Source of the DNA: Setoptus koraiensis
Taxonomy: Eukaryota > Animalia > Arthropoda
DNA length: 64,000 nt
Assembly: GCA_048013815.1 (NCBI GenBank)
Contig: CM106585.1
Coordinates: 11,408,001-11,472,000 of the forward strand
Direction: 5' to 3'
The position numbers and the translations under genes are program-made. Positions 47,116-56,996 of this stretch are shown here, piece by piece. Below the pieces are notes generated by a model. That model was not told where the DNA came from, searched no databases, and was given only the letters and a program-made list of their open reading frames with translations. Each line of letters starts with the position of its first letter. Position 1 is the stretch's first letter.

Positions 47116-48692
47116 TCCTGGCAGAGTCTCTAGACAGCGCGGCACAGCGCACGACATGGCACAGCCGCTGTCTGGGCTAGTCGGCGAGTACGCTGGAATG
47201 TTGCCGCCGCCGCCTCACATAATACCTAGACAAACATCCGCAAGGGCGGCGCTCTTTTGCTTTCTTTTTGTTTTAAGCCACTCTTAAGCAACTACCTGCC
47301 GCTTGACAGTCGCTGCGACGGCGACAATTTTAAACGCGTGCTCATCTCCTCTAAGCGGCTCAAGCTCTAGAGCGAATTAGCAAAGTTAGTTAGCGAACAG
47401 AGAGATATTTAGCGTTGCACTGGGTGCTTGGCTGATTTATTTCCAGGCGCCAACAGCGCCTCTCGCGGATTCTCGCACAACTAACTTGCAGAGTCACCGC
47501 AGCATTTTAAGTTGCTTCACTATGCAACACACTCGCAAATAGACACACTTCTTGTGTGCAGCAGTTTGTGCGCGATAACCGTGCATGAGATGAAACCGTG
47601 CTTGCAAAACTGTTCTCGAACTGTATGTTGGTGCTCTGTTAAACTGTGTGTGTGTGTGTGTGCGTGCGTGTACTGTATATTGTGTTGTGTTCGCTTGAAT
47701 CGAGTGCCCAAACCGGGCTCCACTGTAGGCGTGTGTGTGTGTGTGTGTGTGTGTGTGAGAACCTACTGCACACAGCACTGTGCTACACATACAGTCATGT
47801 ACGCAAGAACAGCAAGAAGAGTGGAACAGGCACAGCAAAAGAGACACACAGCGATAGTATCGAACAACTAATTTCTGCACTACGGACTCCGTAGTACGGA
47901 GTGCAGTGCAGTGTGCGAGTCACTCGCAGAGTGTGTGAGTCGAGCAACAGCAGCGATCGCGGTGGCAGGCTCAACAACCACTGTAACTACAACTCAACTA
48001 CACACTACCACTACCAATACATTACTGGTGTACAGCACAGTAGTTGCACTACCACCGCCACTACTACCACCACCACCACCACCACCACCACTATACTACT
48101 ACGACTTCAGCAGCAACAACTATACTACCAAACTGCAACTACTTCTTGCACACACACATATATACACTGGCAGTGTATATATTGGTAGTACGATTTTGAC
48201 TCTGCGCTCTCTGTGTTTCGCTGTGTTTCGCTGTGTTTCGCTCTGTGTTTCGCTCGCTGTGTTTCGTTCGCTGTGTTTCGTTCGCTGTGTGTGTGAGTGT
48301 ATTTTCATTCGTTCGTTCGTTCGTTCGTTCAGTCGTTCGATAATTCGTTTCGTTCGTCCGCTCGCTCGCTCACTCACTCATTCGTTCGTTTGTCGTCGTT
48401 CCATGTTCACTTTGCGTATATTCTCTATTTTGCTGTAAGTTCGCTATCTCAGAGTGTGTTTCTCCGTTCGCTCATTTTACAAAGAGTTTCACTATTGCTG
48501 TTGCTCGCACTCGCAAACAGACACACAAGCAGACAGACAGGCACACACACACAGACATACACACACACAGAGTAGCACACACTAACCATCGAACGAGAGA
48601 GAGAGAGAGATAGAGACACAGACTTATATTGATCATAATAGAAGCATCACTCACTCGCTCACACAATTAGCAGATACACATACAGATATACG

Positions 48693-48726
<34 letters not shown>

Positions 48727-48831
48727 CATACATCTATATACATGTATATGTATATCAATGCATATATATATGTATATATTTAACGAGAATATATTACTAT
48801 TATTACTACTATATAGATATTATTAATAATT

Positions 48832-51154
48832 ATGACAGAGGAGACTACGGCGACCAATGGAGCCCCTGGTGGTGCGCAGTCATCCCCTTCAACGATATCA
48901 TCATTGCATTTGCCGCAATCCACGCTGCAACAACAAGATCAACAAAAAACAATAACAACAACAGAAACAGAAACAACAACCACAACCACGGCAACCAAAA
49001 CCACATTGAATTACTCTATGCCTAGTTCCTGCAAGAGGCTCAGATTGAGTGATGAATTTATTAATAATAACCACACCACTGTCCATCACCCCCACCAGCA
49101 GCAACAACAACAAGAGCAACCACAGCACGAGCATCTTCACCAAGATCAGCAACAGCACTCTTTGCAGCAGCATACATTGCCGCAACACCACCAACAACAC
49201 AGCCATAATGAAGAAAAAATTGTTGAGGAAGCCGATGATGGTGCAATTGGTGAAGACGAGAATGAGAATGACGAAGAGGATGACAATGAAGACGAAGATG
49301 ACGACAATGACGAAGATGATGAGGACGACGATGATGACGACGACGACGACGATGATGAGGACGAAGACGACGAAGACGATGAAGAAGAAGATGATGAAGA
49401 CATGCATGAGCATGTAGACCAACAACAAGTTGGTGCAGAGATAAATGCTGTTGATCAGCATAACAATAACAAATATTCATTAAATATTAATAACAATATT
49501 ATTTATGATCATCAACAGCATCATAATCACCTCCATCATCATCACCATCATCATCAGCAGCAACAACAAAATCATCATCCCCACCATCATCATCACCATC
49601 AGCCTCATTTACATCTTCACCACCATCATCATCATCACGATCATCATCATCCCCACAATCATCATCACCACCAAAATCATCTCCATCAAACGAATCACAA
49701 CCCGACGCCCTTACAAAGTCAAAATCATCAGCAACAACAACAAATGCAACAAATCGAGCAGCAGCATGATCAAACAAATCATAACCATCATCAGCCACCA
49801 ACACTGATGAATACCACTACAGAGACTAACAACAATCACAATAATAATAACGACTTAAAACATCAAAATACCGATAATCTTAACAATAGTCATCAGCAAC
49901 TTCAAAATAGTAACTGGGAGTTGTTTCACAAAAGTATCAACAAATTGAGAAGGAGGTAAGAAATCAAATATTTATTACTATCTTTTACTCGCATGTCGAA
50001 TCTCACACAAATGTAATTATAACTGACACATCTCACATGTTTACATGTATATTCCAAACAGTCAATCCGGTGCTGAGCCTAATTTGCTTAGATCAGTTCT
50101 TATATGCAACCTACTGCGGAAACTGGAACGTGATATGGACGAAGATGGAATAAAAATTAACTATGGACCAGATGGAATACCAACTATTGTTAATTCAAAT
50201 CAGGAAATCACCATGTTAGATCCTCCACCCACCTCATTAGCCACAAACAACCAAATTGCGGTAACACAGCCTCATGCAACAGAAACACAGAGAGATTGCG
50301 CTAGCTCCTCAGAAGGCGAAGATCAGTCTACAGTGTTGGTGGAGCCTGTGGTCACAACAAACACATCTTCCACGAATGAAAATCCTCATTTGCCTATCGA
50401 AAACGATTGTGTGAAACATTTTCTCGATTTAGATATGTTATCCTCTGGTAGAGTAACACCATTTCCGTCAATCACAATTAAATGCACACCCGATGAATCA
50501 AACGAGCCTTCAAATGACAATGTTGATACTCTAACTCGTGCTCAGTCAACATCTCCGCCTAGGTCACCAACACCCACACCAGATGATGACTGTAGTGTTC
50601 AAGATGCATTTTCAATCACTACTCTAAGTAGTAATGGCAATAGTTCAACCGGTGCAGTGAGTATTAGTGACCACCATAATTCCATGACGTCTGTGCCATC
50701 ATACCTCTCACTTGATAATGGGCTGGAAAGTAGTGTCATACAATCGGCTGTTACTGATGTTACAAGTTTAGATAATCATACAACAACGATACTTGATGTT
50801 TCCTCTTCTACGATCAAATCCTCGGATCAATCGAAGTCAACTAATAATACAATTTCAGGCTCAAACAATATAGCTTCTCCAGCATCTTACGCCTTGTTAT
50901 ATACAAATCAGAATGGCGAAGAAAGTTTTGCAGATTTAGACTGGTCTTTATATGATTTTGATTTACTCATGAGCAATGAGTATGTTGGATCATCACATGC
51001 CTCTTCATCTTCCTCATCTGCATCATCTACGTCATCCAATGGCTCAGTAACACAATGGTCCACGACATTGCCATCATCGTCATCGTCTTCACTATCACCA
51101 TCATCCCCTTTATCTTCCACATTGGACGTAGTCATTACTAATATATATGATTGA
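48832..51154 (+). CDS. SERTA-domain transcriptional co-regulator (taranis/TRIP-Br/CDCA4 family); exons 48832-49955 and 50062-51154
   Basis: A phase-2 GTAAG..caaacag intron (106 nt) joins ELFHKSINKLRR-S-QSGAEPNLLRSVLICNLLRKLERDM (SERTA motif). The C-terminal FADLDWSLYDFD resembles the family's conserved acidic motif. Confidence 0.85.
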
Positions 51155-51244
51155 TAATAAACTAAGTTGGTTTGACGCTATTTTGCATTTATATTCAAAG
51201 TATATTACAATGTTTCAATTTTTTCGAACAAGTTCAAACATTTT

Positions 51245-53932
51245 CTAAAAAAGTTTCATTTCTTTCCGGGTTTTCAAGTCCAATTTCGTAGCGAGTGTAA
51301 TTACTGGCCATAGAATCAGTGTTGTGAAAGCCAGAAATGCGTACTCGTATATTAATTTTGGTGAGATAACGGACCAGATGAACAGGTGGTTGCGGAGCAA
51401 GCAACAAACTAACATGTAATATGTTATAGATATTCCGGGTGGGGAGAACATTATTAACTTCGTCACCTCAATAGACAATAGTCGTCTAGTTTGGGAACTT
51501 TTAATGAAAGAGGAACGTCTAGTTCTACTATTGATGTACCTTCTGAAGAACTCAAGTATCCAATATGTGTAAAGGCAAAAGGTTGAGCACATGATCAAAA
51601 ATGCTGCATTAAAAAAGTTATACTCTGATTGTCCAACATAACCGGGGGCTAAATCAATGGATGAAAATAAATTGGAATTCCCTTGATTGAAAAAGGCATT
51701 CTTGGCCATAGTATAATAAAACAGTGAGTGAACCATGGGTGAAACATCAAGCCGGAGAAGTAGAACATTAGAGACATTCTCGAGCATAATATTCATAGCT
51801 AGTAGGATGATGTTGTGGGGACGGAGAAGGAGAGCTACCAACAACAACCAAGATCTCGTGATTATTCCAATATAACTACTCTCATTGGCCAGAACTTTGT
51901 AAGTTTGCAGATAAGTAGAGTATACCAAATCTACCAGAATTAAAAAGAAAATTAGTCTTGCCAGCAGAATGGGTGTAGTTGTTAATCCCAATTTATCCTC
52001 ATGAAAGAATGTCAAACTCTTGTAGATTGTTATTCCTAAGATGATTGAAGAGCTCAATATTCTATTCGACCTTCCCAAACAGTCTCTTCCTGAAGTGCGA
52101 ATAAGTAAAATTAGAATAGAGGCGCACAACATGGTCATCTCTGATGTGGAATTCTTGTTTTTGAATAAATCTCTGGTATTGCTGCTATTCCAGTAATAAC
52201 AAATGACGATAATAGCTTGCTGACAGAGCATCATGAATGTGGAGACAGTGCTTTCGTTCTTTCCATCTTTAATAACTTTGACTGTATAAGATCCAAATAT
52301 AATCAACAGGCTAAAGCACGGCCAAAAAGATGATTCGAACTCAATGAAATCCGTTGATCCTAGGAACAAAATTGGAACAAACATGATGATTGCTACAGAT
52401 AGTAGCTCGCAACGTCCGCGCTTCATTAGTGATGCCAAAGAAATCTCTAATTTTATACCGGCAATTATTTTGAATAAAATGACAACTAAGAAAGAACATG
52501 TTGCTATAAACACCAACGAGTAGTTTCCTTCCGAAGATGGGTTTGCTAGTAAGAACTCCTGAGCTCTTTTTGTCCAAGAAACATATTTCTTGTATAACTC
52601 ATGAGATGATTCAATTCCGTAATTATGCTGCTGAAGGATGTTCGCCAGTTCCTCAGACAAAATTATAAGTTGCGTAGGCATCAATAAAGTTTTAAGTTGC
52701 ATGGCATTCTCAAAAGCAGCACACGTTTTGACCCGTGAACTCATCGGCAGTAAAGCATCCATGAAATGAGTTATCAAACAGCCTTTACTTTTATCTGGTA
52801 TAGGCAGACCTGTCAATATCGATACAGTGACAGCTAGGTCTACTTGGTTTATAGTATGACTAATTGGGGACATGTCCAACACACTTGTGTTATGAGAAAA
52901 ATCTAACTTATACTTGTGGTTGACTGGAATAAATATCATTGCAGTATTTGATTCCAAATTTGAACCTCCACCATGATTACCAGAATCCGACATTCCATGG
53001 TCTCCACATATAATGACTAAAGTAGACTGATTGAGATCTTTGCTGAGAACTTCGAAAATATTTTTTATCACATTGTCCATCTCGACCAGTTTAGAGTGGA
53101 TAAGAGTTGACTCCCTGGAACCGAAAACGTGTCCAATATGATCGAGACCTAGATAATGTAGTATCATGATATCCCATTCGTGTATGCGCCTAAGCTCGGG
53201 CATAATATTATAGGTTACATTCGTGTCGACAGTTGTGTAATCCGTGGCAAAGAAAGAAAAAGTTTCATTCGCCCGCAGAAAAGTTTCTCTTCTGAATAGA
53301 GTTAACCAAGTATCGTCACCATAGAAGACGATTTGCTTGCCTTGAGATCTCGCCAACTCTATGATGTTGGTGCTTTCAAATTTTTGATTGTTAGCGGCAA
53401 GGTTATATATTATATCTACGAAGCTGGGTATCGTGCCACTTACTATGGCTTTGATTCTAGGCATTGTAACCGTGGGAGTTGCAGCATGTCCTATGAATCC
53501 TAAAGCTTCTTTGCCCGATAGGAGACGTTCTACAAAAGGCATACTGGGTTGAGTGTCCGAAAGTTGAGAGTTTGGCCTCTTAACAATTGATGGTATGAAA
53601 TCAGCGCCAAGAGCATCTATCACAATGATAATTGTTTTATTGAATTCAATCTCAGAGTACTCATCATCACGATTTTGGTTGGTAATATATGTCCTACGTT
53701 GGCAATGATTTCGGAATATTTCGGTGGATAGTGATGAGATCTTTTCTTCGGAACGTGCTAGTTCTGGTGAATATTCTTTGGTTTGGTTGGTTCTTGACCA
53801 CACATTATCAAGTGTGAACGAATCTCTCGCAAGGAAAAAATTGTACATGAAATAAACGACAAATACATGGTGAAGTATAACAATCGTTGCAGTCCCGCTG
53901 AGAATCTTTCTCCAATACCATACTGTTGTCAT
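51245..53932 (-). CDS. PIGG: GPI ethanolamine phosphate transferase 2, single exon
   Basis: IIIVIDALGADF, AATPTVTMPRIKAIVSGTIPSFVD, FYGDDTWL.LF, FFATDYTTVDTNVT, LHYLGLDHIGH, CGDHGMSDSGNHGGGS, QVDLAVT; multi-TM C-terminus with FFNQGNSN...SIDL...GYVG and LRNHLFIWSVISPKLIY. Confidence 0.95.
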   Translation of the reverse strand: MTTVWYWRKILSGTATIVILHHVFVVYFMYNFFLARDSFTLDNVWSRTNQTKEYSPELARSEEKISSLSTEIFRNHCQRRTYITNQNRDDEYSEIEFNKTIIIVIDALGADFIPSIVKRPNSQLSDTQPSMPFVERLLSGKEALGFIGHAATPTVTMPRIKAIVSGTIPSFVDIIYNLAANNQKFESTNIIELARSQGKQIVFYGDDTWLTLFRRETFLRANETFSFFATDYTTVDTNVTYNIMPELRRIHEWDIMILHYLGLDHIGHVFGSRESTLIHSKLVEMDNVIKNIFEVLSKDLNQSTLVIICGDHGMSDSGNHGGGSNLESNTAMIFIPVNHKYKLDFSHNTSVLDMSPISHTINQVDLAVTVSILTGLPIPDKSKGCLITHFMDALLPMSSRVKTCAAFENAMQLKTLLMPTQLIILSEELANILQQHNYGIESSHELYKKYVSWTKRAQEFLLANPSSEGNYSLVFIATCSFLVVILFKIIAGIKLEISLASLMKRGRCELLSVAIIMFVPILFLGSTDFIEFESSFWPCFSLLIIFGSYTVKVIKDGKNESTVSTFMMLCQQAIIVICYYWNSSNTRDLFKNKNSTSEMTMLCASILILLIRTSGRDCLGRSNRILSSSIILGITIYKSLTFFHEDKLGLTTTPILLARLIFFLILVDLVYSTYLQTYKVLANESSYIGIITRSWLLLVALLLRPHNIILLAMNIMLENVSNVLLLRLDVSPMVHSLFYYTMAKNAFFNQGNSNLFSSIDLAPGYVGQSEYNFFNAAFLIMCSTFCLYTYWILEFFRRYINSRTRRSSFIKSSQTRRLLSIEVTKLIMFSPPGISITYYMLVCCLLRNHLFIWSVISPKLIYEYAFLAFTTLILWPVITLATKLDLKTRKEMKLF

Positions 53933-54199
53933 GATCTGTCAAGATTTGCGACGACTTGATCTGTTGTCGGTCGGATATTTTTGTGCCTCAATGGTGAAAA
54001 ATCATAAGTCTATCATTAAAATAAAGGACATCACTTAATTACTAGTAAGGCACTATGACGTAATTTTGAGTCGGCAGTTTATCAGACGTATAAACATGTG
54101 GTTCTGTTGAAATACCGAAGAAAAGAATTAACGAGTATGCGCAGTAAGAGAAATCAGCTGACACGTTTTTGAATTTTGCATGCATGTGGTCTACTTTTT

Positions 54200-55837
54200 T
54201 CATTTTATTAAACTCTTGTTGGAGTGGATGCTATCATTCCGCTTATTCCTATGACTTGAAGGTGAATGGTGACCCTTTCGGTCTCTATCTCTATTCCTAT
54301 CCCCATGCCTGTCCTCATTTTTGAGTCTATCGCCGTCTCTATATTCAGTCCTTTCTCTATGTCTACTCCTGTCTCTATGTCCACTCCTGTCTCTATGTCC
54401 ACTCCTGTCTCTATGTCCACTCCTTTCTCTATGTCTACTCCTGTCTCTATGTCTACTCCTGTCTCTACGTCCACTCCTGTCTCTGTGTCCACTTCTGTCT
54501 CTGTGTCCACTTCTGTCTCTATGCCCATCTCTATCTTTATGTCTGTCCCTTTCTCTGTGGCTACCTTTCTCTTCATGACTATCTCTGCTTCGATAGCCGT
54601 CTTTGTCTCTATAGCTATCTCTGTGACTGTGATTGTCTCTATCTCTATAACCGTCTTTGTGCTTTTCCCTGTCTCTGTGACCAGCTCTCTCACTGTCCCG
54701 GTCTTTGTGACTTTCCCTGTAATTGTGACTTTCCGTGTCACTATGGCCATCTTTGCGCTTAGATTCGACCTTTCCTCTATGTCCATAGAGAAAAGGTCGC
54801 AGAGCCAGCTCTCTGTTTTTGTTTTTGGCCTTAGCGGTCCGCATTTCGCGATACTGCTCCCATTTGAGTTTCGCAACAGATTGGCTGAAATCTACATGAA
54901 TTCTCCGGTCATCAATCAATACGTTGTCCATTTTAAAGTAAGCTTTTTCACAATCTTCTACATTTTCAAATTCTATGAAACCGTACTGTAACGACTGGTC
55001 GGTCTTAACATCTTTAATTATATCACATGATGTGATTGGACCGAATCTCGAGAAGATTTGTTTCAAGTCTTTCTCTTCTGTTATTGGATTCAACTTGCAC
55101 ACAAATAGGACATTCTCGGGAGGCTTCACATCCGCATCTGGTAAATCACCTATCATCTCTAGAACTATAGCTTTAGCTTTGGCCTCTTTCTGTTCCATCT
55201 CTTCCTGCAGTTGCTCTTGTGTCTTCCCTTCATCGTCGTTGAATGTCTCATAAATACCTATCCGATTGCTATTGATTAACCTGTCTGGTATTTCAGGCGA
55301 TTCAGTCACTCTAAGTAAATCATCCAAGTAAGGAGGATCAGGGAAAGGGTCATCAAGAATCACTGTATGACTAATACAGATATCTTGGAAGGGCATGCCA
55401 TCCTGATCGACGATCTGTTTGTTTAGAGTGTCTAAAACATCAATACCTTCAGTGACAATACCAAAAACTGTATGCCCTTGTTGATCAAGATAGTCTAGGT
55501 TTTTCTCAAGTGTAATGAAAAATTGAGATCCATGTTTACCAGTACCATTGTTTATCATCGATATGCAACCCTTTACAGAATGCTTGATCCGAGGTTCTTG
55601 CTCGGCTTCAAAAAGGCGACCTGAGTCACCTAGTTCATGAACGTAGATGGAATGCCCACCATCATTTAGGGGATCACCAGTGCGTACAGTGTAGTCCTTC
55701 TTGATCTCCGTAACAAGACAATAGCTATAATATTTTATCTTACATAGTTTTAGAAAATTGAAACATGTTCTTGGCCTTTCTTTGGTAAATAAATCCACGG
55801 TTATGTCCCCTAAGCTTGTCTCTATCACAACCGCCAT
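54200..55837 (-). CDS. PPIL4: Peptidyl-prolyl cis-trans isomerase-like 4 (cyclophilin + RRM + R/D/H/S-rich tail), 545 aa
   Basis: The true start MAVVIETSLGDITVDLF is at 55837; NFLKLCKIKYY, GSQFFITL, RRM PPENVLFVCKLNPIT...YGFIEFE...AYFKMDNVLIDDRRIHVDFSQSV. Confidence 0.96.
   Translation of the reverse strand: MAVVIETSLGDITVDLFTKERPRTCFNFLKLCKIKYYSYCLVTEIKKDYTVRTGDPLNDGGHSIYVHELGDSGRLFEAEQEPRIKHSVKGCISMINNGTGKHGSQFFITLEKNLDYLDQQGHTVFGIVTEGIDVLDTLNKQIVDQDGMPFQDICISHTVILDDPFPDPPYLDDLLRVTESPEIPDRLINSNRIGIYETFNDDEGKTQEQLQEEMEQKEAKAKAIVLEMIGDLPDADVKPPENVLFVCKLNPITEEKDLKQIFSRFGPITSCDIIKDVKTDQSLQYGFIEFENVEDCEKAYFKMDNVLIDDRRIHVDFSQSVAKLKWEQYREMRTAKAKNKNRELALRPFLYGHRGKVESKRKDGHSDTESHNYRESHKDRDSERAGHRDREKHKDGYRDRDNHSHRDSYRDKDGYRSRDSHEEKGSHRERDRHKDRDGHRDRSGHRDRSGHRDRSGRRDRSRHRDRSRHRERSGHRDRSGHRDRSGHRDRSRHRERTEYRDGDRLKNEDRHGDRNRDRDRKGHHSPSSHRNKRNDSIHSNKSLIK
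54355..54525 (-). repeat. 18-bp coding tandem repeat (HRDRSG/HRDRSR units) in the PPIL4 tail
   Basis: About 9-10 units of tctatgtc(c/t)actcctgtc on the plus strand. Confidence 0.9.
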
Positions 55838-56068
55838 GGTGTTTGAGGAGGACGAATCTAACTTTTTTAAGAGAGCATATGAAAATTCATTAGTGACAGC
55901 TGGTAGTACCAGCCTGGTAGTGCCACCTGATTTACTCCGGGTTACATACGGGCAACGTACGTATAGCATGTGCACGAAATTTAAAAATTGTGCTAAAAAA
56001 TATAGTGGATCCTCGGTCCTGTTTTGTACTTTTGTTATGATATTATTGATTATTAGTTTGGCTTTTCG

Positions 56069-56893
56069 ATGGATGACGAATTGCAATCCGGTGACAAAAC
56101 AAACCCAAGTTACAAAGAGATAGAACTCAATTATGTGAGGAACACTTATAATCAAATAGCGAGTAGTTTTAGCGAAACCAGGTATAATAAATGGCCAAAG
56201 ATACATGAGTTTGTATCCAACTTAGCTGATGGTTCCATCTTGTTGGATATCGGTTGCGGTAATGGGAAATACCTGGATAGCAATAAAAATATAATGAACA
56301 TTGGATGTGACTCCAGCTTGGGTCTATTGTCGATCTGTCGTAAACGGAATTACAATGTTTTTGCCTGTGACATGCTAAAGATACCCATAAAGCCCAAGAG
56401 TGTTGATGTTATCATCTGTATCGCAGCTCTCCATCATTTATCGAGCTTGGACAGGAGGAAGCAATGTCTCAATGAAATGGTCAACATCTTGACAAATGAT
56501 GGAAAGGCGCTCGTCTATGTTTGGTCTTTTGAACAAGATCTAGGGAAACCAAGCGCATATCTCAAAAAGTCTTATCAGAGTGAGAGTTCACAGACAAGAA
56601 TTAGTGAACAATTAGACCATTCCTCACTGCCTATTCACAAAAACAGGACCCCCTTTGTCCAACAAGACATTCTGGTGCCATTTTCATTAGGCAAGAGAAA
56701 ACATGCAATGGGCAAATGCGATGAGGTCCAGGAGTCCCCAGAAGATGAGAAGCTCGACACATATCTCAGATATTACCACGTTTTTAAACAAGGCGAGTTG
56801 GATTCTATGATCGCTGAGATACCCACCGTAGCAATTGTTGATTCCTATTATGACAATGGAAATTGGTGTGTTCTATTCAAAAAGGTTAATTGA
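56069..56893 (+). CDS. ALKBH8: ALKBH8-type tRNA wobble-uridine methyltransferase (Trm9-like) domain only
   Basis: YVRNTYNQIASSFSETRYNKWP, LDIGCGNGKY (SAM motif I), ICIAALHHL, LVYVW, LPIHKNRTPFVQQDILVP, RYYHVFKQGEL and YYDNGNWC match the ALKBH8/Trm9 methyltransferase domain. A TRMT9B-type assignment is not excluded. Confidence 0.8.
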   Translation: MDDELQSGDKTNPSYKEIELNYVRNTYNQIASSFSETRYNKWPKIHEFVSNLADGSILLDIGCGNGKYLDSNKNIMNIGCDSSLGLLSICRKRNYNVFACDMLKIPIKPKSVDVIICIAALHHLSSLDRRKQCLNEMVNILTNDGKALVYVWSFEQDLGKPSAYLKKSYQSESSQTRISEQLDHSSLPIHKNRTPFVQQDILVPFSLGKRKHAMGKCDEVQESPEDEKLDTYLRYYHVFKQGELDSMIAEIPTVAIVDSYYDNGNWCVLFKKVN

Positions 56894-56996
56894 TATTTTT
56901 GTCAACTTATATTGAGTAAAACGTTCAGAGAAATTGTATTATTCACTGAACCAATAGTTATTTATTCTTGCTACAATACATTAGTTTATTGTACTA

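Noticed and set aside
55838-56206. 123-aa N-terminal extension of PPIL4
   Set aside because: The family start MAVVIET is at 55837; the extension has a non-ATG start, crosses the bidirectional promoter and overlaps the ALKBH8-like CDS antisense.
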